A stretch of DNA of 64,000 nucleotides from Microthyrium microscopicum (GCA_010405405.1 MU004232.1:1011481-1075480), one strand, 5' to 3'. Positions 37,939 to 50,586 are shown, counted from the stretch's first letter. Notes: generated by a model not told the origin, from the sequence alone. A program made the numbers and translations.

Positions 37939-39252
37939 CTAATCTACGTGATCACTAAGTTTCCAGTCCTTGTATGTCCATTTCTCGGTAAACTTCTTCT
38001 GCTTGCCTCTCTTCACTTGAGCTCGTCTTGATTCAACTTTGCCACGAAGGACCATTGTTCGATAACGATCTTGCAAATGATTTCCCTCTGGTTTGAGCCG
38101 GCGTAAAGAGTCGGGTAAATCTTCGGCCAGAAGTACTTCCAGGGGTGCCTCGGGGATAGGTGCTTTGCTGAATCGTTTCAAGCGAAGGGCGACATCATCG
38201 CCATCATCGGAGGATGAGTCGTCTATAGGGACCAAGGCCTGTTGTGATAATTTTTCGGCCTTTAGGCGTTCTTTTGCTTTCACTTCTTTCAAAAGAGCTT
38301 TGATGCGCTGTGTCTGTTGATCTTTGGCCTTTTGCTTCAGCTCATGCTTCTTCTTGGCCTCCTCCACTTTGCGTCGCTTCATTTTGTTTCTTTGAGCCAA
38401 TGTTTTCCGTTCGGGCTTCTTCTTCGTTTCCGGGGCTTGTTCATCCTCAGTCGCAATACCCTCCCATTCAGACTCCCACTCGCTATCCCACTGTTTTATC
38501 TGCTCCTCCTCTGCCTCTGCAATCGCAGCTTTCGCCGCCAACTCCTCCAGCCGCTTGATCTCATGCAGCCTCTTCTGTTCACGCTCAACCTCCTTTGCAC
38601 CTTCACGGTCAAACCGCGTACTCCAATCCTCAAATGTGGGATTATAGCTCTTTTCTGCCGCTGGCTTGCGAACAGCCTTGATCTCGCGCCCATCAGCCGC
38701 CAAACTCACTGACTTGTGCTTCAGCGTCACCGGCTCTTTGATTGGCTTCTTCTCTTCCAAGAAATCGTACTCGGGCTTCTTCTCCGGTACTGGCATATCC
38801 CACGGATCATAGCTAGCATCGCCTTCACCCGTCACAACATCCTTGTACACGCTCTCTCCACCAAACGCCTTGTTGCGTAAACGAGCATACTCACGACCTG
38901 ATACACCATCACGTTTCCGTTTCTTCTCGCCGCGCGGATCACTCTCCGCTAATCTCTTCCTTGTGCTAATAGCAGGCAACGCGGAACGCTGTGCGAGTAT
39001 CTGGTCCGCCTTGAGCGGCTTATTGCGTGAGACATAGGCTTCTCTTATTTTCGTACTTCCAACAGTGTCGGTGATGAATAGGGCATCGTCGGGTAGTTCG
39101 TCGGCAATGCCACCCGCGATGATAGCGGTCTGTGTGGCTTCGAGACCATCGGTGACGGTAGTGAGGTCGACATTCTTACGCCAGGCTTTCTTACCCTTGC
39201 GGGAAGGTTGGGTGTGCTGAGCTGGTGCGGTTACGGTAGGAGTCGCAGCCAT
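37939..39252 (-). CDS. NOP53: Ribosome biogenesis protein Nop53
   Basis: QPSRKGKKAWRKNVD, arch-interaction-like LFITD motif, SYNPTFEDW, DLPDSLRRLKPEGN and FTEKWTYKD. Intronless, 437 aa. Confidence 0.95.
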   Translation of the reverse strand: MAATPTVTAPAQHTQPSRKGKKAWRKNVDLTTVTDGLEATQTAIIAGGIADELPDDALFITDTVGSTKIREAYVSRNKPLKADQILAQRSALPAISTRKRLAESDPRGEKKRKRDGVSGREYARLRNKAFGGESVYKDVVTGEGDASYDPWDMPVPEKKPEYDFLEEKKPIKEPVTLKHKSVSLAADGREIKAVRKPAAEKSYNPTFEDWSTRFDREGAKEVEREQKRLHEIKRLEELAAKAAIAEAEEEQIKQWDSEWESEWEGIATEDEQAPETKKKPERKTLAQRNKMKRRKVEEAKKKHELKQKAKDQQTQRIKALLKEVKAKERLKAEKLSQQALVPIDDSSSDDGDDVALRLKRFSKAPIPEAPLEVLLAEDLPDSLRRLKPEGNHLQDRYRTMVLRGKVESRRAQVKRGKQKKFTEKWTYKDWKLSDHVD

Positions 39253-39310
39253 TTTTGTGGTGTGGTTGGTAGTCGTAAATTGTGTGCTGGCTGGTGGTTA
39301 AATTCGTTGA

Positions 39311-39336
39311 GAAATTTCAATGAAGTTGAAATTTTT
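39311..39336 (-). promoter_or_regulatory. RRPE-like element upstream of NOP53
   Basis: TGAAATTTTT at 39327-39336 and GAAATTTCA at 39311-39319, ~60-85 nt upstream of the ATG. Both resemble the yeast RRPE consensus TGAAAATTTT. Confidence 0.4.
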
Positions 39337-40300
39337 GGTCGGGTAAATTTCCCGTTTTTGGATTGGTGGGGCTGGGACTCGGCTACAGTTGCCTCCATTA
39401 GCTGCCACGCGCTCAACTCAACTTCGCGTCTTTGAACAACTCCAACTTCCTTTCCATTTCATCACTGCAAATTGTTGTAATACTTATTTTCCCTGGAGCT
39501 TTCACAGGCTGCGTCGAAATCGTACACTAGCTCTTATAGCATTGGCGAATTTTTCAGAAACCCAAGCTTTGCCCGCTGTCGCAAGAGCCCAGAGTCCTTT
39601 ATGCTAGAAGCCTCACGACAGATTAGAGTATCCCAAGAGAATGCTTGTAATTTACAACATGACTTCAAAAACTCCTTCGAAGTTCCTAGCTTTGGAGGAG
39701 CTCTCTTGGTTATCACGGGCCATTTATTACCTCCGAGCAGGACTCAGCTGAAAATGCAGGATGTGTATACGCATGAGTTGATAAAGCTATCAACGATCAG
39801 TAATCCTCCAGGATTCCACAGCATTGATTGCAAAGGCTGGTTTTTAGCCCTTAGGCCTGCAACTTTCAACATCAAAATGTTGTGCAAAGTTCAATGACCA
39901 TGCAAAGGGATTAGTACTCCAAGCATTATGTTTCCATTTACACTAACCTAGATTACGGAGGTCTTTGTCAACCAAGCAAAGCATCAACCACTGGCAGACA
40001 ATGCCTTGCTGGAAAGATGACATTGAGATCAATATGTAAGGTACATTTCAAGGTGCATGTTACTCATTGGCAGCCTATGGCTTAACAAGATTCCTCATCT
40101 TGACAATTTTGAAATTGACCTGCAGTCGAATATCAATTTTCATTCAATGGACAATAGTATGGGTAAGAACTATATATTCGAGTCCCAGGACTCTTTTATG
40201 AAAGATCAATACAACTCCATTCAGCTACCACCAGCGCATCTATCGTCAAATAGCTACTTTACCATACCTATCTTTCTAATTCCGAACCCAGTCTTCCACC

Positions 40301-41398
40301 ATGAACACTTCCCGCCTTTTTCAGCCAATGAAAGTTGGAAACATTGAATTAAAGCATCGCATCGGTCTTGCACCAATGAGTCGTCTCAGAGCCAGCGACT
40401 CTCATGTCCCAACTGCTCTAATGAAAGAATACTACAGCCAAAGAGCTGCTGTACCAGGCACACTACTCGTCACTGAAGCCAACGCAATATCACCTGCAGC
40501 CGTCGGAGTTCCCAATGGCCCAGGGATCTGGAACGACGAGCAAATTGCAGCATGGAAAGACGTTGTCGATGAAATACACAGCAAAGACTCATTCATCATT
40601 TGTCAGATAGCTGCCTGGGGTCGTCTAGCTATGCCTACAGTCATCGAGGCTGAAGGCATTGCTTTCGTTGCGCCAAGCGCAATTCCCATTCCAGGAGCTG
40701 CAGTACCAACTCCTATGACGATCGGCCAAATCAACCAAACTGTTCAAGACTTTGCGCAAGCTGCCAGAAATGCAATGGCAGCTGGTTTTGACGGTATCGA
40801 GTTTGATGGCGACAACGGCCTTTTGATTGACCAATTTACTCAAGATATAAGTAATCAGCGAGACGACCAATATGGCGGTAGTATCGAGAACCGATCTCGA
40901 TTCAGTTACGAAATCGTTAAAGCAGTCGCTGAGGCCGTCGGCCCTAAGCGTGTTGGCTTTCGCATGAGTCCATGGAGCACGTTCAACGGTATGCGGATGA
41001 AAGATCCTATTCCACAATTTACAGATCTTATTACCAGACTCAAAAGCATCGGTATCGCCTGGATCTCACTGATTGAATCTCGAATCAAGGGCGACGTCTT
41101 CGTTGAAGGCACTGAGCATGAGAAGCTAGACTTTGCTTTTGAGGCATGGAACGGTACTGTTATGGTTGCAGGCGGATATATGCCAGAAAGCGCTCGAGAA
41201 CTACTTGAGAAACGCCCCGATGATAACATATTGGTTCATTTTGGAAGGCCCTTCATCACTAATCCGGACTTGGTGTTCAGAGTGAAGGAGGGATTGGAGT
41301 TTACTCATTATAACAGATCTTTGTTTTACGCTGCGAAGGAGCCTAAAGGTTATACTGACTATCCTTTCAGCAAAGAATATTTAAAATCCATTAGTTAG
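40301..41398 (+). CDS. Old Yellow Enzyme family NADH:flavin oxidoreductase with a non-canonical active site
   Basis: LFQPMKVG..LKHRIGLAPMSRLRA, YYSQRA, NQRDDQYGGSIENRSRF, FGRPFITNPDL and KGYTDYPF. Intronless, 365 aa. Confidence 0.93.
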   Translation: MNTSRLFQPMKVGNIELKHRIGLAPMSRLRASDSHVPTALMKEYYSQRAAVPGTLLVTEANAISPAAVGVPNGPGIWNDEQIAAWKDVVDEIHSKDSFIICQIAAWGRLAMPTVIEAEGIAFVAPSAIPIPGAAVPTPMTIGQINQTVQDFAQAARNAMAAGFDGIEFDGDNGLLIDQFTQDISNQRDDQYGGSIENRSRFSYEIVKAVAEAVGPKRVGFRMSPWSTFNGMRMKDPIPQFTDLITRLKSIGIAWISLIESRIKGDVFVEGTEHEKLDFAFEAWNGTVMVAGGYMPESARELLEKRPDDNILVHFGRPFITNPDLVFRVKEGLEFTHYNRSLFYAAKEPKGYTDYPFSKEYLKSIS

Positions 41399-41655
41399 AA
41401 CTATTTACGCTTCACGAGCTATAATGTAATTATTGATATACTCTAGTGTTGATTGGCAAGATCTCAGCCTCACCTTCAGCCTTATGGCAACACATAAATA
41501 AAACCTTTGAAGTACCGTATACAACCCGATGTATCGCAGAGCCTGAGTTAGCCGGAAATATTCGTTGGGAATTCGACATTCAATTGCGCACTCGTAACTC
41601 ATAATCGTACAAAAACTCCCTATCCACAGAATCATAGGTAGGTATGCTCTAAGTT

Positions 41656-43480
41656 TCAGCCCGAAAATCGCAGCCACCCCCTTTCCGGTCTTGACTCTTG
41701 CCTAAAGAACCGACTCACGAACCTCAGTTCATACTCCTCTTGACCTTTTTTGCCTGCGATCTCTTCCAAGCTACGCCGCTTCGTCTCCGGTACTAAAAGA
41801 CTGGTTCCCAAACCTGCCAACATCAGAAGAGCGAATATCTGCATTACGTGGTTGAGCCAGGGATGAGGATCCTCTGGCGTTGCTCCTCGTGCGATCATGG
41901 GTGCGAAGACCAGCTGGGCTATTACAGCGCCGACTTTGCCTGCGGCAGCACTAAAGCCATGGGCAGTGGCGCGAAGACGGGTGGGGAAGCATTCAGCGGG
42001 AAGAATGAAGGTTGTTGCGTTGGGACCTGTAGAAGGTGTTAGCTGGGAGGCAAACAAAGGGACGAGGGGTAAGGCAAGGTAGAAAGGGGAGTTACCAAAG
42101 TTGAAGAAGAATTGAGCTAGGATGTAGAGTGCAAGGAGGGCCTTCTGGCTCAGTGACTTGAGACAGAAGCCTATGATGGCGAAAAGGAGAGTGAGTATGG
42201 CAAAGCCGCCGATCTGAATGGGCTTTCTGCCAATGAAGTCTACCGTAAGTACTGTTACCCAATAGCCTGGTATTGCGCCTGCGCAAACCAAAACAAGTTG
42301 ACCAACGGCAGAGTTGAAAAGGGTATCATAGATGGTTCCATTTGGGTTGAACCCAATTGTCGAGAGGATCGTCGGTGTATTCAATCCGAGACCATAGAAG
42401 GCAATGTCCAGAAAGAACCATGATCCAGCTGTACCAACGAGCTGTAAGAAGTTTTTTCGTTTCGAAAAGTATCGTAGGAATTCCAACAGTGCGGGTGGGT
42501 GTTTGTGGTATTTTGCCATTTCCAGTCTGGCCTGGGCACGTTCCAAATCATTCACTCCACTGCTTCCTTTTCTGCCAGAAATGAACTTGTGACTGTCCGC
42601 TGTAGCCTTTTCGAGATCTTGTTTGACATCGAAGGTATAGCGTGGTGTTTCCGGAATCGTAAGTCGGTAGTAGAGCGCAAACCACCCTGGGATTCCAGCA
42701 AAGCCCACCACCACCCTCCACATAATATCTACACTGTACCGGCAGTCTGCATCGCAGTCTGATAGTGAAGATGCCCTCTCGAGGGTTTTCTTATTTGCTA
42801 CCGTGACGATAAGTGCCAGGAGGGCCGCCACACATTGGCCCAAACCCTGCATCGCGAATACAGCTGCAGTCATCATTCCTCTCCATTTTGTATCGGCCAA
42901 TTCAGCGGTAATTACTGCAGATAATGGGTAGTCGCCTCCTACTCCTACGCCGACTACAAATCTCCAGAAAACAAGTAGTCCTACGATGCTGACTGCTGGG
43001 GAGGCTGAAGCAAGACTTTGGGCCAGTGTTCCGATGATGATGATCAACAGTTCCACTCCATACATTTTCTTTCTTCCCAGGACATCTGCAAGGTATCCAA
43101 AAACAAGTTGGCCGAACACTGTGCCAGCAGAGCTTGCGACTTTGATAGCAGTGTCCGATGATTTTGGTAATTTTCCATTGTGGTCCTGGAAGTAGACGAT
43201 GCCGATCATGGTCGAGGCAAGGCTGACAGCGAACAGCTTTACGCTCATTAGTTTTCAAAGTCTGTATAATGCTAGCAGTGCTCATAAAACTGACTGAATA
43301 TGCATCGGTGAAGAATCCGACTCCAGTGACGATCACCAGTCTCAAGTGATGCCATCCGAGAGGACTCTTGTCAATTTCCGCAAGCGCCATGCGCCTACGA
43401 TCATTTGGATCGCGAATATGGTTGTATATTCCTCCAACATCATGATATGCCGAATTACCTGATTTTCTCAGGCCACGCAT
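41656..43480 (-). CDS. PHO84: High-affinity phosphate:H+ symporter (MFS, PHS family)
   Basis: GVGFFTDAY, GGDYPLSAVITAE, WFFLDIAFYGLGLN, QFFFNFG|PNATTF and AAAGKVGA. Introns 43294-43237 and ~42095-42027. Confidence 0.93.
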
Positions 43481-44636
43481 GCTGTGGTATATGAAATATG
43501 AACCGCGCAGTCATGCCCGCAAGTATCCGTAACAATCCAGGGGCGCATGCAAGATCGCTAATGGACGAGTCTTACAGAAAGATTGCAACAGTAGGACGAC
43601 GGATAATAAGTCCAGGTAAGAGGTATGATGATAGCACCTTGGAGTCTTGTACTAGGTAGGTAGGTATGGCAAAGCCATCGTGTTCTTCAAGTTCTTACAT
43701 ACTTTCTGCCCGTTGAAATCCTGCTATGCACCTGGTTGCATCTCGGCATGCTCGGCAGCAAGAATGGGCGTGGGTGGTGGGTTGAAGAATTGGAAAGGAT
43801 GGCATAAAAGCAAGCTTTGTACAAGGTTGTGCTTGTGGCCATCAATGAGAACTGGCTTTGTGGTATTCCTTTTTCTGGTGCTTCTTGCAAACGATGGTGA
43901 TTGGATATGATGCTGGTTTGATGAAGCACATGCTGAGGCTACGAAGCTGATTGGTGTCCATGATCGACGTTTGTGCATTCGCTTTTTTGGATCGCTACTG
44001 CAGAAACCATGGGCGGGAGGAATTGCATTTCAGTCGCACTAATGTTAAGCAGTTATGTTGAGAGATCAACGGGATTTCTTGAGTTTCAACTGCTGATCAA
44101 AATTGCTCCGTTGGTGTGCCTCCCAGGCTTACATCAAGATCTATATCCATTTCGATGTCTCCCAGGGCTTCTAGAGATCAATTATTCCTGGAAATGTTTT
44201 CTTTGGCGCTCGGGATTTTGAAATTTCCTCCCTTTTCACTCGTTTAGGTAATAGGAACATTGGCTCCAGAAATGCAATTGTATATACGCAAAGCCTTACA
44301 TGCTCCCAAGATATCACGGATGTCGTACCCTTTGGAAGGACGACCTTACGGGGCGGAAAGATACTACCAGACAAACATTGAGGGCATTTCCAAAGTGAGA
44401 ATAGATCACACGTCTAACAATTGAATATGCACATGTGAAGCTTTCCTGGAAGTCATTATTCCAATCTGTATTCCCCAAACCATTAGTGCTCTAGTAAATG
44501 AGTCAGACAAAAGACTTTGTATAAGTAAAGTCCACAGTTGGTTAAAAGCATTAAAAAATGGTCAATCAGCAACAAAACCGCAAAAGTACAGATTCAACCG
44601 CCGAATTCAAACATACCACCTGTCTGACTCCATAAA

Positions 44637-45278
44637 ATGGCTCCCATATCCATTATCGTTCCTATTCTCATTGCCATTGCGATTTCTGTGGCTGCTCCAT
44701 ACCCAACTCCTCGACTAAATATCCCCAGTTGCACAGACAGTGATCAGAATCGAAAAGAGTTGGCCTGTATATCCACATGCTACCAGGACTTCCTGGAGCC
44801 AGGCATGGAAGATCTGTTGTGTGGTTGCATCCTAAGTGTCAGTATTTGACTGCTTGGATAAGCTCATTGTTCAGTATAATAACCACGCTTCTAGTGCCCT
44901 GATGTCTGATATATGTTTGGACACCGACGAAGAGTTCTGCTGAAAAGACAGGGGTTTGAATACGCGCTGGGACGACGTGGAGTTGGGTAATTGCATCAAT
45001 CGTTTGTAGAAAAAGCCCGGCGACGGTTCGTAGCAGAGGTCAACCTTGACCAGTAACAACGTTTCTTTTTTATGTAGTTGGAGAAACATAAGATCGTTAC
45101 GCTCTGGGCCCCTGGGTTGTTGTGTGCCACGTGCGAGACCGACACGATGGTCAACGATATGGTCCGCTGCATGAATCAGGGAGTTGCGAAGAATGGGGCC
45201 GAGACTATAAATGTGTTGCTTTTGATATTTCTCGATTTGCACATAAAGCGAATGCTTTTGATGGATGATGGTGAATAA
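44637..45278 (+). CDS. Small secreted Cys-rich protein (effector-like); 3' structure unresolved, possibly disrupted
   Basis: AAAATG start, signal peptide MAPISIIVPILIAIAISVAA and 5 Cys in the first 70 codons, with a GTCAGT donor at 44838. Further Cys-containing coding-like segments run to 45278. Confidence 0.45.
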
Positions 45279-46205
45279 AATGGGATTTTCTAGCTTCATT
45301 GAATCAAACAGGATATGGGAGAGTAGATCCAGCCTACATGTTGTCATAGAAGCAATTCGACCAGAAAATGTACGTAAAAGGTCGAAGGAGTAAGAAAATC
45401 AAAAGACGATCAACACTTGCTGTTGAATCTGCTGGAGGGCTTCAAATCGGAGAATACTCTAAAATGGTAGCGTCTGCTGCTGAAAGCATATGACTGTGGA
45501 AACTCCACATAAGAGCCAGCTATGCTACTTATTGTAAGGATTTTTCGTGCTCTACAAAGCACTAAGAGATGAGATGGTCAAAACAAGAGTAACAATATTT
45601 AAAGAAGGGAGTTGAAACTAATTTAAATGGGACATCAAAAGAAAGATGACGTTTGTTTACATTTCTTATCGATAGTTGTCAGGCGGGAAGACAGGGATGG
45701 CATTGAGGCTGAAAAGTCAACACCAAAGAATTAACTTCTTGTCCTCAGAACAGGCATTGTACAACTGCACATCCTAGACTTGACAACTCACAAAAACAAG
45801 GCCATTATTGTGATTCTCAAGTGTTATTTGCTTACAATCAATACTGTCGAATAATTTGATCTCTCTTGCGTATCCCCTGCAGGCACTTTGTCGTGGCTGG
45901 GCGAGAGGCTGGTAGTACTAGCCTCCTGTTTTCTGGTACCTTACAGTCTACCCTACCGACCATCTGCAGTTTCTGCACCTCTGCTAAGTCTCCCTCACTC
46001 TATCAACTGCACAGTTCTATCTCTCTCTCGCTACTCAAAATCTGAGACTTCGTTGTTGCTAACTATCGCTATTCCAACACTCAGCGAGCCATTCTCGAGT
46101 ACCACACCAAGACCCCGCGCTAACTCCACACCTTCATCGAATTGCGGAGATCTCGACATTCCTCGGGCACACCCGCATTCCTCGGGCTCTGCCCAAACGC
46201 CCACC

Positions 46206-47455
46206 ATGAAGCTCTCCTCTATATCGCTACTACAGTCGACAATAACGTTGCTCGCACTCACACAATCCTCCTCCGCCAATCCTCTATCCGCGCTCGCTCA
46301 GATTTTCGAGTCCGCACCCGTACAAACCGCCAACGCAACACATCTCGAGCTTAAACGCCAATGCGCAAATCCATGTGGCTATTACGGGCAACTCTGCTGT
46401 GCCACTGGACAAACATGTACAACCGACGCCAATAATCAGGCACAATGTGCTGGAGGAGCAGCAGCCACCACTGGCTCCGGAGCATGGCAATTATACACCA
46501 GCACTTATGTGCAAACCAACGCTGTTACCATAACCTCCGTATACAGTTCTTGGATACCCTCAAGTACAGGTGCAGCTTGCAATTATGCCGCGAACGAATC
46601 GCCCTGCGGCGGTATATGCTGTAAATCCGGCTTCTACTGCTATGCGAGCGGAACCTGCGCTGCCGCCGGAAATGGCGGCTTTACCACCACCGGAGTCGTC
46701 GTTGGTACTGTACCAGCTCGCCCGACAACTATATCTGGTGTCGTTGTCACGCAGACTATCAGCCCGACCACAACAATGGCCTTCCAAACCCCCGTCACCA
46801 CGGGCGCCACTAACGGCACCATCGTTGGCCAAAAGCATGGCCTCTCCGGTGGCGCCATTGCTGGTATCGTCATAGGCACTCTTCTCGGCATCGCCCTCCT
46901 CTTCTTCCTATGTGCATGTTTCTGCTGCTTCGAAGCTTTCCGTGGCCTCTTTGCGCTCTTCGGCATCGGCAAGAATCGCAAAGACCGTCGTCGGACATCA
47001 ACCGTTGTCGAAGAAGACGAATATATACGGCATCACCGGCATGGCAATTCGGCAATGATGGGTGCAGCAGCTGGCGGGAGACGTTGGCACGGCAGTCGAC
47101 GTAGTTCGTCCGATCGCTATTCAAGACGCTCACGACCGCCACCACCGAAGAAGAGCGGCGGCGGCGGATGGATGACAGCATTAGCAGCCGGAGCAGGCAC
47201 AGCAGCGCTAGCAGGAATATTCTCACGCAAGAAGACGGAGAAACGGACGGAGAAGAGTGAGAGTGGATATACAGGTAGTAGTTACGACTACTCATACTCG
47301 TATTCCGGTAAGCTTTCCCCATCCTTACCATCAATCTGAATACACCGACTAATAATTCTACAGAGACAGATTCGCGAGATAGTAGATCGCGGCCGCCTCC
47401 GGGTCCGAGATCACATTATACAGACCGGACGCGGTCAATGTCGCGGAGGGGCTAG
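46206..47455 (+). CDS. Type I membrane protein (Mid2/Wsc-like sensor topology) with a Cys-rich ectodomain
   Basis: Signal peptide, KR site, Cys clusters (CANPCGYYGQLCCATGQTC and CGGICCKSGFYC), Thr-rich stalk, TM GLSGGAIAGIVIGTLLGIALLFFLCACFCC and basic tail. Intron 47308-47363. Confidence 0.88.
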
Positions 47456-48238
47456 GATATGCATTTTAATGATGGGATTGAACGGGATGATGAACATAAA
47501 AACAATTGTACATTGAAAAAGCGCTATGGGACTGGACATATTAATGCATCGATGGCGTTTTATTTGCGCTTTGCGCTGGGAAGGCGCAGATTTGCACGCC
47601 TTGGGTTCGCATGGCTGGCTTGTGTGGTCGGCCTGGCGTTGATAGCTGAAATGCCAATGAATTTACTCTACATACTACTATACATCTTGTTATCAGCACG
47701 TGAAATAGCAACATGAACCATTAAGCTTCCATTTTATGCCAGAGAAGCAAATGTATAGGTGGAGTTGATCTCCCCCGAATACTTGAATACGTACATCGCG
47801 AACAGTAATACATATGAAAGCCGGAGATTCCAGAGCCTGATATACGACCTCAAGTCTTCGAGTTATCGAGAATCATAGGGAAGCGCCATCAATGCAAGCG
47901 AATTATGCTGGTAATGCGCTAAGTGAACGGGGGCTAAGATGCTCAACCTGATCACGGCCATAATCAGTTTGGAGTGTAGCTAAGGCTGCGATCTGGACAA
48001 GCGTATTTAGGAAACAGCGATAGACAATTTTAGCTGGTATAAGCAAAGAGAGGAATGTTGATGGCTCAACGGCCAGTGTTGCCAGATAGCAGGCGAACCC
48101 GCGGCGTATTTCGATGATTTTAGGCTATGGTACAATCCTGGCAGAGGCATACTCTACGTTTCACGCAAACGCTAAATATTACACAAATTACAGATCCCAA
48201 ACTCCATTGCATTAAGACCCAACAATCGTGTAGTGAAA

Positions 48239-50586
48239 CTACAGCCCAGAATCAATCTGGTCAGGAATGTTCGTAGAAGTCCAAGTGTTCCATGACGAGC
48301 AAGTATCCGCAACCACGCTGGGGAAAGTGAGCTTCTGTATATCCGCTGGCCGCTCAAGAACATTGATGTACAATCCACCGCTAACGTGCCAAGCAATATG
48401 GCAATGGAATGGCCAGACACCTGGGTTATCCTGATTGAACTGTATCACAATGTAAGCAGGAGTATTGGCATCTTGCGCAGGCGCTACGAGCTGTACGTCG
48501 CGACGCTGTGTGTTGTTGGGGTTTGTTACTACGCCATCCCATGTTCCGAATCCTTCCGCGAGCACGTGGTAGTTGTGGCCATGCAAATGCATTGGATGGG
48601 CTGAGAATGCGAAGGTGTTGTAGACAACCATGCGGACGGAGCTGTTGGAGCCGAAGTTAAAGACGTTCCACTCGTTAGGGAATGTCAAGTTGTTTGCCTT
48701 GACGTCGGACAAGACTGGGGAGTTATAGTCGCCGTGGAAAGAATAGTCGTTCATGTACCAGACGAAGTTGGTGCCGTTGCTCTTGAACACAATGTCGATC
48801 TCCTTAGTTGTCGCGGGTTTGGCGGCAGGAGTGATTGGGCAAAGTGCAACAGTCTCGCTGAGAGGATCGTTGGCGCAGTTTGTGAGTTGGGCGGTAGTCA
48901 AACCGGATGTTGAAGTTGGTACGACAGTTGTCTAGAAGTCTCTTAGTATTCGTTATTTGAAAATGTATTCGATGAGTCGCCATGCCAGAAGCATGTCTCG
49001 TGTTGGCAGCAGAAGTTCTAAAGACAACGAGAAATGTGGCTGAAAAAGAAAAGACGAGTGAACTTACATCCGCTCCCTGGTAGTAAATGGCAGCAACACC
49101 TTCTGGCGCAACTCCATCTGTAGCGGAGCAGCCCGCACCGAAAGTACCCAGGTCTGCTCGCATGTAATAAGAGCTCTTCGCTGCGCCAACAGCTGTAACG
49201 ATTACATCGGATCGTTGCCCAACACCAAGTGTGATAACACTAGTAGTATAGGGTTTGATTGGAACGAAATCATTTGCGATGACGGTGAAGTTATGACCAT
49301 CAATGGTAAATTTCTGGATGCCTTCCGCAGAGGTATTGATGAGTCGAAGAAGATATTTCTTGCCAGTTTGGAACTGAAATTTGCTGATACCAGCATTTGG
49401 AGTGCATGAGGCAGATGTGGAGGCGCATGGATAGTTGGCCTTCCCGTTGATCAAGTTGTTATTCGATAGAGGTAAACCACCTTGCATGGTCACATTGACA
49501 AGTGTAAAATAGTCCGAGTGATACCAATCAGATAGCATGATAGGTCCAAGATCTTCGTCGTAATTCGCGATCTTAGGACCGTGGATAACAATGGGACCGA
49601 GAGCTCCTCCGGCATATTGAGCGCTGTAATGTGAATGATACCATGTCGTTCCGTACATATCGGCCTTGAAGTTGTACACCATGGTCTTGCCTGGTGCAAT
49701 GGGACATTGTCCAACTTGAAATGGTTAGCATTACTAACCAACGGAGATAGGACCTGAAAAGCTTACCAGATGGTACACCATCAAACCACGGGGTTCCAAC
49801 CTGGAGGAGACCGTGCCAATGGAGCGAAGTTCCTTCATCAGTAAGGTTGTTATGCACAGTCACTTCAATGTTGTCACCCCAATTAGCCTCAATCATAGGA
49901 CCTGGAAATGCACCATTGACGACCAGTCCGTTCTTCACCACTCCATCAGGTGCGATTTGCTGGTATGAGACTGTGAAATCGTACTTTACAGTCCGTCCGG
50001 TGTTTGGTGCTGTTCCACATGATTGCCCAGCACCAGTTCCACTGCTGGAGAAGGGATTCCATCCAAGTGTACCCCAGCGTGAAGCACCATTGGTGACTGA
50101 TTGCGGCAGACCGGGCAGGAAATTTCTAGAGCCTTTTGGTGCCCATCCAGGAGCCCCGTATGACCCAGCAGCTTGTCCACCAGACGGCGAGGGTCGTGCA
50201 GATGGTCTGGGTGGTGGTTTCAGTCCTTTGGAAGTGCCAGTTGGCTTTCCAGGCCAGGCAACGGTCGGTGTGTAATAGTCGAAAGGATTGAAAACCAATC
50301 CGTTTGGATTGTACCATCCCGTAGGAATAGTTTGCCCTGCGGTCAATGTCTTGGTTCCAGCCACGCTTCCAGTGATAAGACTTCCGGAGAAAGGCTTTGG
50401 CTTTCCAGCGAGAGCTGCTGCATCTGCACTGGCTGAAGAGGTTGATGAGCTGCTGCTGACTTTGACTGGAGTTGAAGATGGCTTGACTGAGATGGAGGAT
50501 GACTTGACGGCTACAGCAGAAACGGATGGTAAAACGAATGTAAGAAGAGTAGCAGAAGCTACAACGAGCGAGTGTAGTTTGGCCAT
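48239..50586 (-). CDS. Secreted multicopper oxidase (ascomycete laccase, AA1)
   Basis: Copper motifs [17 protein letters not shown] and HCHIAWH, with axial Leu and C-terminal DSGL. Introns 49766-49715 and 49067-48932. Confidence 0.96.

Noticed and set aside
45128..45133. CACGTG as a Pho4/NUC-1 site for PHO84
   Set aside because: Single hexamer 1.6 kb upstream and inside another putative gene; expected by chance.
45888..46205. 106-aa N-terminal extension of the membrane sensor in the ORF track
   Set aside because: It starts at TTG. The ATG at 46206 has a CACCATG context and directly precedes a signal peptide. The same applies to the track's extensions of FES1 and the esterase.
40301..50586. 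OYE, transporter and laccase as a secondary-metabolite cluster
   Set aside because: No PKS, NRPS, terpene synthase or cluster transcription factor, and the transporter is a phosphate permease.
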